Shown: one piece after another, positions 49,556 to 59,141 of the stretch
Position numbering within the stretch: position 1 is the first letter of the stretch
Layout: the number at the start of each line of letters is the position of its first letter
Assembly: GCA_963765495.1 (NCBI GenBank)
Contig: CAVXWP010000013.1
Span: 1-64,000, forward strand
Source of the DNA: Blastocatellia bacterium
GTDB lineage: Bacteria; Acidobacteriota; Blastocatellia; UBA7656
Direction: 5' to 3'
DNA: 64,000 bases
Made by a program: the position numbers and the translations under genes
The notes under the pieces: generated by a model
What the model saw: only the letters and a program-made list of their open reading frames with translations
Told to the model about the DNA's origin: nothing
Databases searched by the model: none

Positions 49556-49944
49556 AACTTAAAGATGTTCTTTCCCTGCGAAACCTGAGAGCCGCCAGAG
49601 CCCTGAGCCCACTGATCCGCCCGTCTCTTCGAGGTTCGCTCAATCGTTGCGCGGCTCATAAAACGGGCTTTGCCGTCTGTAGTAAGCCGAAGGGTCGCCT
49701 ATTCAAATATTTCTCTTCCCTGCTGCGATCAGGACAATCAGTAAGCAGAGAAAAATAATAGGCGAGCCTCCGAATACAGTCAATACACGAATAAATCCAG
49801 CTTCCTTCCCACCCTGTCATCACGCCGTACTTTTTACTTTTCACAATCAGCCAGCCGGTACAGGTAATAATAAAACCGGGTCCCCCACCTTCTCTGCGCC
49901 CCCTCAATCGCAAGCTCATTACCCGCCTCGCTAAAAAAAAGTTC

Positions 49945-49980
49945 TTGACACATTTTAGTATTTCTAGTATTCTGGAAATA
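49945..49980 (+). promoter_or_regulatory. Sigma70 promoter with overlapping ArsR-type operator; probably a leaderless transcript
   Basis: TTGACA-N17-TATTCT with ATG 7 nt later; inverted repeat TATTTCTAG-N4-CTGGAAATA at 49959-49980. Confidence 0.75.
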
Positions 49981-50322
49981 TGGAAATTAATGATACTGCG
50001 CGGTATGCGGATATGTTTGCGGCATTAGGGGCGGAGCCGCGACTGCGGATAGTGCGGTTACTACTTGCGGCGCACCCCGAGGGGATGACGGTAGGCGACA
50101 TTCAATCGGAGCTTGAGATACCCGGTTCCACGCTTTCGCACCATCTGGAAAAGTTGAGGATGGAGGGGCTGGTAATCTTCAGAAAAAGAGAAGCAATGGT
50201 TATGGTATTCGGCCAATGCGGAAGCCTTGCAGGACCTGCTCGGATTCCTGTACGCCGAGTGCTGCACGCGCTCGCAGGTGGTCGAGCCGGTCAAGATCAC
50301 ATCTGCGAAGGCAAAGAGATAA
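49980..50322 (+). pseudogene. arsR: ArsR/SmtB repressor, frameshifted as given
   Basis: The HTH part (FAALG..PRL.I...STLSHHL) is in frame 1. The family C-terminus WLWYSAN..ALQDLLGFLYAECC lies in the +1 frame after the A5 run at 50183-50187 and ends at TAA 50320-50322. Confidence 0.85.
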
Positions 50323-50345
50323 TTCAGTAAGGAGAGAATATATTT

Positions 50346-50792
50346 ATGTCAAATCAATTGAAGGTACACGTAGCGATCAATGTAAATGATGTAGAAGAAT
50401 CCGCGAGATTCTATCAGGCGATGTTCGGAGCGGAGCCTGTCAAGCTCAAGCCCGGATACGCGAAATTTGATATTGCCGACCCGGCCTTGAACCTGACATT
50501 GAACTATACGGGAGAGGTCAAAGAGCGAGGTGCGCTCAATCATTTAGGCATACAGGTCGAAAGCACCGAGCAGGTGATCGAGGCAAAGGCGCGGCTTGAG
50601 CAGGCAGGTCTTGCGACTTTTGACGAAATGGGAACCGACTGCTGTTACGCCTTGCAGGACAAGGTATGGGTCACCGATCCAAACGGGTACCGATGGGAAG
50701 TATTCGTCGTCAAGGTGGGCGATACCCGGCCCGAATTGAATATTTTAGAGACGAATACCTCGGCCAATCCTACAAACCGATGCTGTCTGTGA
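50346..50792 (+). CDS. arsI: ArsI/CadI family VOC metalloenzyme (organoarsenical C-As lyase-like)
   Basis: HVAINV, PGYAKF, LNHLGIQV and CCYALQDKVWVTDP.G..WE motifs; C-terminal CC. Confidence 0.85.
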   Translation: MSNQLKVHVAINVNDVEESARFYQAMFGAEPVKLKPGYAKFDIADPALNLTLNYTGEVKERGALNHLGIQVESTEQVIEAKARLEQAGLATFDEMGTDCCYALQDKVWVTDPNGYRWEVFVVKVGDTRPELNILETNTSANPTNRCCL

Positions 50793-50800
50793 AGCAGAAG

Positions 50801-50915
50801 TGATTCGTGATTCGTGATTCGTGATTCGTGATTCGTGATTTACGAGGCTTGCGAAGTGGTTATAACAGGCAAGCCCGCTAAAGATCACGAATCACGAATC
50901 ACGCATTACGCATCA
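50801..50915. repeat. Inverted tandem heptamer element (TGATTCG)n ... (CGAATCA)n between convergent genes
   Basis: Five perfect units from 50801; the arm at 50884-50915 ends in the porin stop codon. Confidence 0.92.
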
Positions 50916-52529
50916 GAACTTATAAATCACATCGAACTGCATGCGATTAAGGTAACGGTTGAACGGCGACAGCGGCACGAGTTTATCAAGCCGCCGCGAA
51001 AACAGCCCGGTCCATTGCAGGGTGACGCCACCGGCAAGTTGATAGGCGGCCGTCGGTATGTGCGCGATGCTGTTTGATGCCAGGATGTCGCTGAAGTTGA
51101 ACGGGACAAGCACGGCATCCTGCTCTATGTGCGCAAAGGTGTATCCGAGCAGCCAGTCGCCTTTCTCTTTGGTCTGCCCGACCGCCACGCCGGTCCAGTA
51201 ACCGTTGTTCTTGTCATCAATTCTTTCCGAGAAATTGTGAACATAATCAAAGGTGAATTTTACGGGCGTGTGCGAGGTCGCCTGCCACGTGACATTTCCC
51301 AGCACATCGAAGAGGTTGAACCCGGCGAGAAATCCTATTGGGTTTCCATTTACGTCTCTGATTATGCGATTCGTAGTGCCGAGCGATCCGTTCTGGTTCC
51401 CGGTCACACCCGCTCCGTTACTGATGCCACCGTTGACCTGGGTCGATGAGGCTCCAAGCGCTCGCACTATCTGATCGGCCCTGACCCAATCGTAATAGCC
51501 TATGTTGAAATCGGCCGATACCTTGGAAGAAAGCTTGAAATCAGCCTGCCCCTGCCCGCCATAAAGGACTCCATCTTTATCGCCTGACAACTCATTAAAC
51601 GGCAATTGAAAGGCGACCAGTTTGACCTGCTTGAGCGCGGAGCCGGTCTTGAAATAGAGCGCCTCGGATGCGCCTTCGACGTTCACATCATCGTCCCAGA
51701 CCATCTGGGTGCGGCGGAATGTAGGCTCAAATTTGCCCGCTACGAATTGCACGCCCACGCCGTCGGTTTTTGAATCATACCTTACAAAAGCGCGATCGAG
51801 GCTTATGCCTTTGCGCTCGAAAAAATCGGTGAGCGTCTGGTTGGTCGTTATGGGGTCTGTGAATATGCCCGTCGCCAGTCGGATGCCCCAATCGAAGTTT
51901 TTGTTCAGTTTGCCGTCGAGTTCGGCGCGGGCGCGAACGCGGAGTCGATTTCGGTCGGGGGATTTGTTCAGGCTGTCAAATCCCTGATTGCGAAACGATT
52001 CATACCGAAACCTGATGTCTCCGCTCAGGCTAAGCGAGCCGAATTTCTTGTAAAGCTCGTCAACCCTCTTTTGTGTCGGGTCGTCCTGCGTGGATTCGTT
52101 CTTTCCAGAGGCAGGCGTCGCGACGGAAGCGGCTATGACCTGCGGCTGGTCGGCGGCAGGGTGAGCGGCCACAGAGGGCGAGATGTTAGAGGGCGAGGTG
52201 TTAGAGGGCGAGGTTTCAGACGAGCGGGCGGTAGTATCTTCCGCACCGCGCTTTTCGACTATCTCGCGCAGGGCCTCTATCTCGCGCTGCTGGCGCACGA
52301 TTATATCTTCAAGTACCTTGAGCCTCTCTTCCACACCGGGCGCGGTCGAAGGCTTTTCTTCCCGTTTGTCGTCTGCCGACTTGCGAGCCGATTTATTCGA
52401 ATCGGCAGCCGTCGGGACGCCTGTATTTGCGGCGATTTGTTGCCGCGCCTGAACGCGACTGGCGCTCAGGACGAAAAAGAAGGAAAACATCAGCCCCAGG
52501 CTCAGAATGTTTGCCGGTTTGATTCGCAT
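50913..52529 (-). CDS. Putative outer-membrane porin with an N-terminal coiled coil
   Basis: Signal peptide, SGDIRFRYE, R.R.RAR, alternating beta-strand pattern and terminal Phe (QFDVIYKF). Confidence 0.78.
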   Translation of the reverse strand: MRIKPANILSLGLMFSFFFVLSASRVQARQQIAANTGVPTAADSNKSARKSADDKREEKPSTAPGVEERLKVLEDIIVRQQREIEALREIVEKRGAEDTTARSSETSPSNTSPSNISPSVAAHPAADQPQVIAASVATPASGKNESTQDDPTQKRVDELYKKFGSLSLSGDIRFRYESFRNQGFDSLNKSPDRNRLRVRARAELDGKLNKNFDWGIRLATGIFTDPITTNQTLTDFFERKGISLDRAFVRYDSKTDGVGVQFVAGKFEPTFRRTQMVWDDDVNVEGASEALYFKTGSALKQVKLVAFQLPFNELSGDKDGVLYGGQGQADFKLSSKVSADFNIGYYDWVRADQIVRALGASSTQVNGGISNGAGVTGNQNGSLGTTNRIIRDVNGNPIGFLAGFNLFDVLGNVTWQATSHTPVKFTFDYVHNFSERIDDKNNGYWTGVAVGQTKEKGDWLLGYTFAHIEQDAVLVPFNFSDILASNSIAHIPTAAYQLAGGVTLQWTGLFSRRLDKLVPLSPFNRYLNRMQFDVIYKF

Positions 52530-52908
52530 AGGTCTCTCCTTGTGAGCAAATATGGTTAGTCAATTGATAATATCGGGTTCCCGGATAAGGCCGACACGGC
52601 ATGCTTCATCTTTTTCACAGCCAAATTCATCGGCCTCCATATCCGTATACTGCTGCTTTCTTAAAGGTCTGAAAATCGGGAATCGGGCGCGGGCGACCCT
52701 GTTTATGCGAGGTCCATTCAATAGTATTCATCGGGTTTCGCGGGCGTTTCATGTAGCCTGTAACAAACTTCTGAACGGAGAAGTTAGTATAAAACTGCCA
52801 TGTTACAGACTTGCAACGTCGATGTTACTAAATAGTAAAAAGTGCTTTTGCCCTGACAGGCGAGGTCCTGTATTGCGAATTCGTCTGTAAAGCAGCAGTA
52901 TTTTTATC

Positions 52909-52943
52909 AAAAAAACGGCGCTCTCGACAGGGCCGGAGCGCCG
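52909..52943 (-). terminator. Rho-independent terminator of the transglutaminase-like gene
   Basis: CGGCGCTC/GAGCGCCG stem followed by T7 on the minus strand. Confidence 0.7.
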
Positions 52944-52969
52944 GAGTTTGTGTGCATAGCTAAAATCCA

Positions 52970-54007
52970 TCATCTGGCGGACGTGCTCATCATCGCCTCA
53001 TCGCTGAGGTCGCGGAAGTTGAACTGGCGCGCGACGCTTGCGACGGGCTTGCCGTCAGCTTCGGCATACGGGTAGATAAAATAGTTGAGCGGGCCTGCCT
53101 GCTGGCGGGGTCTCAGCACTATGTCGCGCCCCATCGAAAACTGCACGCGGTTTTCATCGTGGCCGCCGAAAAAGTATTCGCGTTTTTCCGGGTGCTTCCA
53201 CGCTTCGCTGGCATCAACTGGAACCCAGCCGTATCCCTTCAGATAAAACTCTGCCCAGCAATGATAACCCTGTATTTCGCCTTCGCCCCGTTTCTCGGGC
53301 AAAGGGAAGCCGATTGAAAAACGCGCGGGTATGCCTACGGCACGGGCAAAGCCTATAAAAAGCGCGTGGAAATCTGTGCAGTTGCCGTGCTTGGCATCGC
53401 AGGCGTAAAGAATATCGCCCCGTCCCCAGCCTTCGCCGCTCTTGTCATACTTGAGCGTCTTGAGCGCATAGTCGTATATCGCACGCGCCCGTTCGAGATC
53501 GGTCTTCTTGCCTTTTGTCGCCTCTTCGGCCCACCGCTTGATTTCAGGCGTGACAGGCACAAGCTTATCGGGCTTTAAGAACTCGGCCACATCCGGGTCG
53601 AGCGGCCCCGACCCGCTATACTTGACCGTGGCAAAATCCCTTTTCAGATTTTCGCTGCGGCGCACTTTGAATTGCATTACGATGTCAAAGGGCGCGGCCT
53701 TTGGATCATCAAGCGAAACAAACAGAATCGAATTGCCGAATCGCGGCTCGACATAGACGCTTGAACTTGCCGGGCTTGAAACCCGCATGTCATAGATTTC
53801 CTGATTCGCATCCGTGGTCGGATAGGGCAGCCACACATTCAGATGTTTTGTGCCCTCGGGCACTTCCTTTACAGTGGCCTTATAAGTGAATTCAAAGAAG
53901 CGGGTTTTGGGCGCGGTGCCGACACCGCCGGAAGCCCAACCTGCGGTTGAAGCAAGTAACACAAACCCAAAAAACCAGGCGGCGAAAATTCTAAAGTGAG
54001 ATTTCAT
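52970..54007 (-). CDS. Secreted transglutaminase-like protein
   Basis: GNCTDFH, YHCWAEFY and GWVPVD (Cys-His-Asp triad); start moved to ATG 54007 after GAGG. Confidence 0.85.
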   Translation of the reverse strand: MKSHFRIFAAWFFGFVLLASTAGWASGGVGTAPKTRFFEFTYKATVKEVPEGTKHLNVWLPYPTTDANQEIYDMRVSSPASSSVYVEPRFGNSILFVSLDDPKAAPFDIVMQFKVRRSENLKRDFATVKYSGSGPLDPDVAEFLKPDKLVPVTPEIKRWAEEATKGKKTDLERARAIYDYALKTLKYDKSGEGWGRGDILYACDAKHGNCTDFHALFIGFARAVGIPARFSIGFPLPEKRGEGEIQGYHCWAEFYLKGYGWVPVDASEAWKHPEKREYFFGGHDENRVQFSMGRDIVLRPRQQAGPLNYFIYPYAEADGKPVASVARQFNFRDLSDEAMMSTSAR

Positions 54008-54205
54008 CTTGATATCCTCGTGTAGCCCTTCAAGAAAAGATGTCATACGCCGGTTCCTCGCGTCCGGCTTTATCGGTCCTCTGGCGATGAAGGCACGCAT
54101 CGCTGAAATTTAAAGTGTAACGGCAGCACAGTTAAGTTTCTAATATGTAATTCCGATGATTTAGCCCTGTGGTTATAGGGAATTTCTAGTCGTGCGGGCG
54201 GCAGG

Positions 54206-55126
54206 TTAAGAGCGTGAGGCAAGCAGCGCATCGTGCTGAGAAGTTTCCAGCGCCAATTCAAGAAAGGCTTCGGCGGCAGGTGAGAGGGTCAATTTTTTAT
54301 TGATTACGGCGAAAAAGTCGCGCCTTATAGGGGCGATGCCTGCGATATTTACGGTCTTGAGCGTCCCGTTTGCCAGCTCAGACCTGACGGCGATCAGCGA
54401 TACTACGGAGACTCCCAGACCCGCCTTGATCGCTTCTTTGATTGCGCCGGTCGAGCCCAGCGAGCCTACGAGATTGAATTCTTCAAGCGGGCGGGCGACC
54501 CTTTTTTCAAATGCCAGTCGAGTGCCCGACCCGGCTTCGCGGGTGAGAAGAGGGACAGAGACAAGCTGGTCAAGCGTGAGCGATTCGACATCTTTCCATC
54601 GAGCGTCGTTGGGCGTAACAAGCGCCAGTTCGTCTGAGGCAAAGCGATAAAAATCCAGACCTATGGTTTCGAGCCTTGCGCCTACGAATCCGATTTCAAC
54701 GTCGCCCGCCAGCACCTGATCACAGGCCGCTTCGGAGTCCGATATGCGAACTTCCATATTTACGGCCGGAAAACGGGAATGAAACTCGGCGACAAGCGCA
54801 GGGAGCAGATATTCGCCCGGTATGGTGCTGGCACAGATCGAAAGCACGCCTTCCATGCGGTTGAGAAATTTATCTATCTCGCGGAGCGCGGCCTCTTTTT
54901 CATTCAGTATGGCGCGACCTCGCCTGTAGAGCAGATCGCCCAGGCTTGTGGGAACTATACGGCGCGGCAGCCGGTCAAAGAGCCTGCCGCCGATGTGATC
55001 TTCCAGATTCTTGATGTGCCCGCTTATGGTCGGCTGGGAAAGTCGCAGCTTGCGCGCAGCTTTTGAAAAGCTGCCCTCCTCGTAAACCGAGCAAAATACC
55101 TCTACAAGATTAAGGTCCAGTCTCAT
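54206..55126 (-). CDS. LysR family regulator (CysL-like)
   Basis: SFSKAA..L.LSQPTIS.HI..LE, ASTIPGEYLLP and REAGSGTR motifs; start moved to ATG 55126. Confidence 0.88.
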   Translation of the reverse strand: MRLDLNLVEVFCSVYEEGSFSKAARKLRLSQPTISGHIKNLEDHIGGRLFDRLPRRIVPTSLGDLLYRRGRAILNEKEAALREIDKFLNRMEGVLSICASTIPGEYLLPALVAEFHSRFPAVNMEVRISDSEAACDQVLAGDVEIGFVGARLETIGLDFYRFASDELALVTPNDARWKDVESLTLDQLVSVPLLTREAGSGTRLAFEKRVARPLEEFNLVGSLGSTGAIKEAIKAGLGVSVVSLIAVRSELANGTLKTVNIAGIAPIRRDFFAVINKKLTLSPAAEAFLELALETSQHDALLASRS

Positions 55127-55180
55127 TCCGCCGATTATCTTAGACAGGAATCGCGGGATTAACAAATTAATTTTGTCTGA

Positions 55181-55297
55181 ACGGGCAATTATGTCTATAT
55201 CATCGCGGTCGAAGGCAACCCGCTCGATGATATTCACGCGCTCAGTAAAGTGGTGTTTGTGATGAAGGCCGGACAGGTCTACAAATCGCCGCGATGA
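55181..55297 (+). pseudogene. C-terminal remnant of an amidohydrolase family gene
   Basis: Translates as TGNYVYIIAVEGNPLDDIHALSKVVFVMKAGQVYKSPR*, matching the family end GKxADIIAVxGNPLxDIxxLxxVxFVMKxGxVYK; in-frame stop just upstream. Confidence 0.78.
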
Positions 55298-55324
55298 TAG
55301 AGCAAGTATTTCAACTCAATTGAT

Positions 55325-56452
55325 TCAACGCTTATCGTAGGGCGCGTCCCAGTCGCCTGAAAATGCGATGTCGCTCAAGGCTTTTCGAGAGCGCAGGGCC
55401 GTCTCCTTTGCGCGCAGGCTTTCAGACAAATCGTTGAGGTCGCCGCGATATGGATAGCCGATTGCTATCATTGCCATAGGCGAGAAGCCTTCGGGTATGT
55501 GAAATTCGCGGCGCGCTCGCTCCACGTCATAACCGGCCATCTGATGCGCGGCCAATCCTAAAGCAGTTGCTTCGAGCACGAGGTTTTCACTCGCAAGACC
55601 TACGTCGTGCGGGGCCGTGCGATTCGGCTTATCGTTATGCGTAAATGTTTCGCGCGCGACCGACAGCATCAGCACAGGCGCTTCGAGCGCCCACGAGTTG
55701 CCTTCGACCAGACAGGATCGCGCCTTCTTCAAAGCATCCTCATCCGACCCATCAAAGACCAGATAGCGCCACGGCTGCTCGTTGAAACACGACGGAGCCC
55801 AGCGCGCGGCTTCAAGCAGCGTCAAAATCTTTTCGCGTTCTACGCGACGGCCGGCTTCAAAGGCTCGCGGACTCCACCGCCTTTCAAGCAGCGGGTGTAT
55901 CCGACAATTTATGGTCGCTTGCTTTTCGGGATAAGCTGAATCATTCGCATCTCCCGTCACGGAGAGATCGTCAACCTCTACGCGGATGTGCCGCAGGTGA
56001 TTGAGCATGTGGTCTACGTAATCATCAAGCACGAATCTCAAGGTAAGCGGCCCGGAATCGCCTATTGAACACAGGCGCGACCACGCGGAAGGAGGGGCGG
56101 TGCGGGCGGCGGCAAGAAGTTGCTCGTTGCCCGCGCTCCATAGCGCGATCAGGTCCCGCCAGTCGCGCTCCTGATAATTGTGCAGCTTTACCCACCCTTC
56201 GCCGTCATAGCCGGGAAGCGCGGGGTTCTCTTCGAGTTGAGCGCGCACGATTCGCCGATGGTTGTTGGCAGCCGAATCAATCAAATGGCCGAGCTCTTCT
56301 TTTGGCGACCAGCTTTCGGGCGCAGGTTTTAGGGCGGCCTCGCTCTCTGTTATCGCCCTCAGACGAGCAGGTACGGCAGACAGTATCGAGCGCAGTTGTG
56401 ACAGCCCTCGCGGAGTTTCGCCGCCGCCTTGCGTGTCCTGTGTATCGTTCAT
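55325..56452 (-). CDS. DinB-like domain fused to a nitroreductase
   Basis: WSPKEELGHLIDSA.NN...DYVDHMLNHL, then RWSPRAF, EAARWAPS.FNEQPW and HQMAG. Confidence 0.85.
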   Translation of the reverse strand: MNDTQDTQGGGETPRGLSQLRSILSAVPARLRAITESEAALKPAPESWSPKEELGHLIDSAANNHRRIVRAQLEENPALPGYDGEGWVKLHNYQERDWRDLIALWSAGNEQLLAAARTAPPSAWSRLCSIGDSGPLTLRFVLDDYVDHMLNHLRHIRVEVDDLSVTGDANDSAYPEKQATINCRIHPLLERRWSPRAFEAGRRVEREKILTLLEAARWAPSCFNEQPWRYLVFDGSDEDALKKARSCLVEGNSWALEAPVLMLSVARETFTHNDKPNRTAPHDVGLASENLVLEATALGLAAHQMAGYDVERARREFHIPEGFSPMAMIAIGYPYRGDLNDLSESLRAKETALRSRKALSDIAFSGDWDAPYDKR

Positions 56453-56624
56453 GGCTATCTATTATAAACAGGATCGGCAGGATTGACAGCGGTTTGGAGC
56501 CGCCATCTCAAATCCCCGTCAACCCGGGCAAAACTTGACTTGCACATCTGCAAGTCTTAGCATTCCCGGCGTGCAGGCCAGCCATTCAGTTTCAGAATTG
56601 CTTCTATTTTATGTGAGGTCTTCC

Positions 56625-59141
56625 ATGCGACATTTATCAATTGCTCTTACCATTTTTCTATTGGCGCTTTCGAGCGCGGCGCAGGATAAGGACAAAGATC
56701 AGGTCAAAACTCTCCGCGCGCGAACCGAGAAATTGCAAAAGATTGACGGATATATCCCGCTTTACTGGGACGCTGAAAAAGGCGAGATGCTGATGGAAAT
56801 CTCGCGGTTCAATCACGAACTCCTTTACCAGATTTCGCTCCCGACAGGCGTCGGGTCCAACCCCATAGGGCTTGATCGCGGACAGCTTGGCGACACGCAC
56901 GTGATCTTTTTCGAGCGCATAGGGCCAAAGGTTTTGATGATCGAACCCAATTATCGCTACCGCGCCATCACAGGAAACGAGCCCGAGCGCCGGGCGGTCG
57001 AAGAGTCGTTTGCGCGCTCGGTTTTATGGGGCTTCAAGGTCGAAGCCTCCGAAGGCGACCGCGTTCTGGTGGACGCGACAAAGTTTTTTATACGGGATGT
57101 GCACGGCGTAATTGATCGCCTTCGCCAGACTCGACAGGGGCAGTATCGCTTTGACGATTCTCGAAGCGCGTTTTATCTGGCAAGGACCAAGAGCTTTCCG
57201 ACCAATACCGAAGTAGAGACGATGCTGACTTTTTCGACCGAAGGCGACCCCGGCCCGCTCGTACGCCAGACCGTTCCCTCGCCACAGTCCATCACCGTGC
57301 GCGAGCATCACTCGTTTGTAGAGCTCCCCGACAGCAATTACAAACCCAGACGGCTCGACCCGCGAGTCGGGGTCTCCGGGATAGAGTTTTACGATTACGG
57401 CACGCCAATAACCGAGCCTATCGAAAAACGCTGGATCGCGCGTCATCGCCTTCAGAAAAAAGACCCGACGGCGGCACTTTCCGAGCCGGTCAAGCCTATC
57501 ATCTACTATGTAGACAACGGCACTCCCGAGCCCATTCGCAGCGCGCTCGTCGAAGGCGCATCGTGGTGGAACGAAGCCTTTGAGGCCGCCGGGTTCAAGA
57601 ACGCATTTCAAGTAAAGGTATTGCCCGAAGACGCGGACCCGATGGATGCGCGTTACAACATGATAAGCTGGGTACATCGTTCGACTCGCGGATGGTCATA
57701 CGGCGGAAGCATAACCGACCCTCGCACGGGCGAGATCATCAAAGGCAATGTCACGCTCGGCTCTCTGCGCGCGCGGCAGGATTTTACAATAGGAACGGGA
57801 TTGGTTCCGCCCTTCAAAGCGAGCTCTTCGGCAAGCGGGGCAGACGGGGATGGATGTGAATTCGCTTTCTCGCCGGACGTTGATTACCTGATGGGTGCGG
57901 ATTCGAGTACGGATGCGGAGGCGATGTCGCTTGCGCGCATAAGGCAGCTTGCGGCTCACGAGGTAGGCCATACGCTCGGGCTCGCTCACAACTTCGCGGC
58001 GAGCACTTACGGGCGCGCATCCGTGATGGATTATCCCGCGCCTATGGTCGAGATCAAAGACGGGAAGCTCGATCTGTCGAATGCCTATGCCAGAGGGATA
58101 GGCGAATACGACAAGTTCGCCATCAAGTATGCATATGCGGAATTCGGACCGGGTGCAAACGAAGCGACAGAGCTTGAGCGCATCCTTGAAGACGGCATCT
58201 CGCGTGGGATGCTCTTTATCACCGACTCTGACGCGCGGCCTGCGGGCGCGGCACATCCGCTCGCCAATCTCTGGGACAACGGCAGCGACACGATTGCAAT
58301 GCTCCGTCACGAGATGGAGGTGCGCCGTATTGGGCTCGCGAATTTCGGGCTGGGAAATATCCCTTTGGGTACGCCCCTGTCGGTGCTAGAAGCCAAATTG
58401 CTTCCTCTTTACCTGCACCATCGCTATCAACTGACGGCGGCCGTCAAATCAATCGGCGGGCTTTATTACACTTATTCGGTGAAGACCGCGAAGGGGCCAA
58501 GTCCAGCGAACGTAAGCGAGATAGTTCCGGCGGCGCGTCAGCGAGAAGCGCTCGCGGCGGTCCTCGATACGATTGATGTCGATCAACTGGCAATCCCCGA
58601 ACGCATACTTGAGATGATCCCGCCGACTGCCTTCGGCTACGGGGGCGGCACATCCGAGTTGTTCGCCAAGCGCACCGACCCGGCATTCGATCCCGTCGGG
58701 GCCGCAACTATTGCGGCAGACCTCACCATATCCGGGCTGCTCGAATATCATCGCGCGGCCCGTCTGATTGAGTTTCACGCGCGCAACCGCTCAAATCCTG
58801 ATTTCGAAGAAGTGACAGCCGCGCTCATCAAACGCGTTTGGACTGTGACGCCAGCCGCGACCCCTTACCACGCGGCCATACTCAGAGCCGTGCAGAGTTT
58901 GACCGTGACGCGGCTCATGGATTTGGCAGCCAATGCCGATGCCTCGCCTCAGGTGAGGGCCGTCGCAACAGAAGCTCTGCGCAATTTGAGCATAAAACTC
59001 AAGCCGCCCACACCTGCCGGGATGGACGCGGCTCACAGGCGAGCCATACGCGACGACATCGAGCGTTTCCTCAATCGGCCCGCTGAGCCGCACAAAAAGA
59101 GCGAGCCCTTAGAGACGCCTCCGGGCGACCCGATAGGGTAA
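56625..59141 (+). CDS. Secreted zinc-dependent metalloprotease (DUF5117/DUF4953 Met-zincin type)
   Basis: [18 protein letters not shown] and DPRTGEI motifs; start ATG 56625. Confidence 0.88.
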   Translation: MRHLSIALTIFLLALSSAAQDKDKDQVKTLRARTEKLQKIDGYIPLYWDAEKGEMLMEISRFNHELLYQISLPTGVGSNPIGLDRGQLGDTHVIFFERIGPKVLMIEPNYRYRAITGNEPERRAVEESFARSVLWGFKVEASEGDRVLVDATKFFIRDVHGVIDRLRQTRQGQYRFDDSRSAFYLARTKSFPTNTEVETMLTFSTEGDPGPLVRQTVPSPQSITVREHHSFVELPDSNYKPRRLDPRVGVSGIEFYDYGTPITEPIEKRWIARHRLQKKDPTAALSEPVKPIIYYVDNGTPEPIRSALVEGASWWNEAFEAAGFKNAFQVKVLPEDADPMDARYNMISWVHRSTRGWSYGGSITDPRTGEIIKGNVTLGSLRARQDFTIGTGLVPPFKASSSASGADGDGCEFAFSPDVDYLMGADSSTDAEAMSLARIRQLAAHEVGHTLGLAHNFAASTYGRASVMDYPAPMVEIKDGKLDLSNAYARGIGEYDKFAIKYAYAEFGPGANEATELERILEDGISRGMLFITDSDARPAGAAHPLANLWDNGSDTIAMLRHEMEVRRIGLANFGLGNIPLGTPLSVLEAKLLPLYLHHRYQLTAAVKSIGGLYYTYSVKTAKGPSPANVSEIVPAARQREALAAVLDTIDVDQLAIPERILEMIPPTAFGYGGGTSELFAKRTDPAFDPVGAATIAADLTISGLLEYHRAARLIEFHARNRSNPDFEEVTAALIKRVWTVTPAATPYHAAILRAVQSLTVTRLMDLAANADASPQVRAVATEALRNLSIKLKPPTPAGMDAAHRRAIRDDIERFLNRPAEPHKKSEPLETPPGDPIG

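Noticed and set aside
50188-50330. 116-aa ArsR as called by the ORF track
   Set aside because: The C-terminal part is out of frame; the family-like end is in the +1 frame.
52560-52640. 26-aa uORF or riboswitch upstream of the porin
   Set aside because: No convincing RBS, and no riboswitch consensus that I can recognise.
39476-55126. Selenoneine cluster or selenoprotein read-through
   Set aside because: No selD or senB, and no in-frame TGA at a catalytic Cys position was seen. Only weak motif resemblance remains and is reported as inference.
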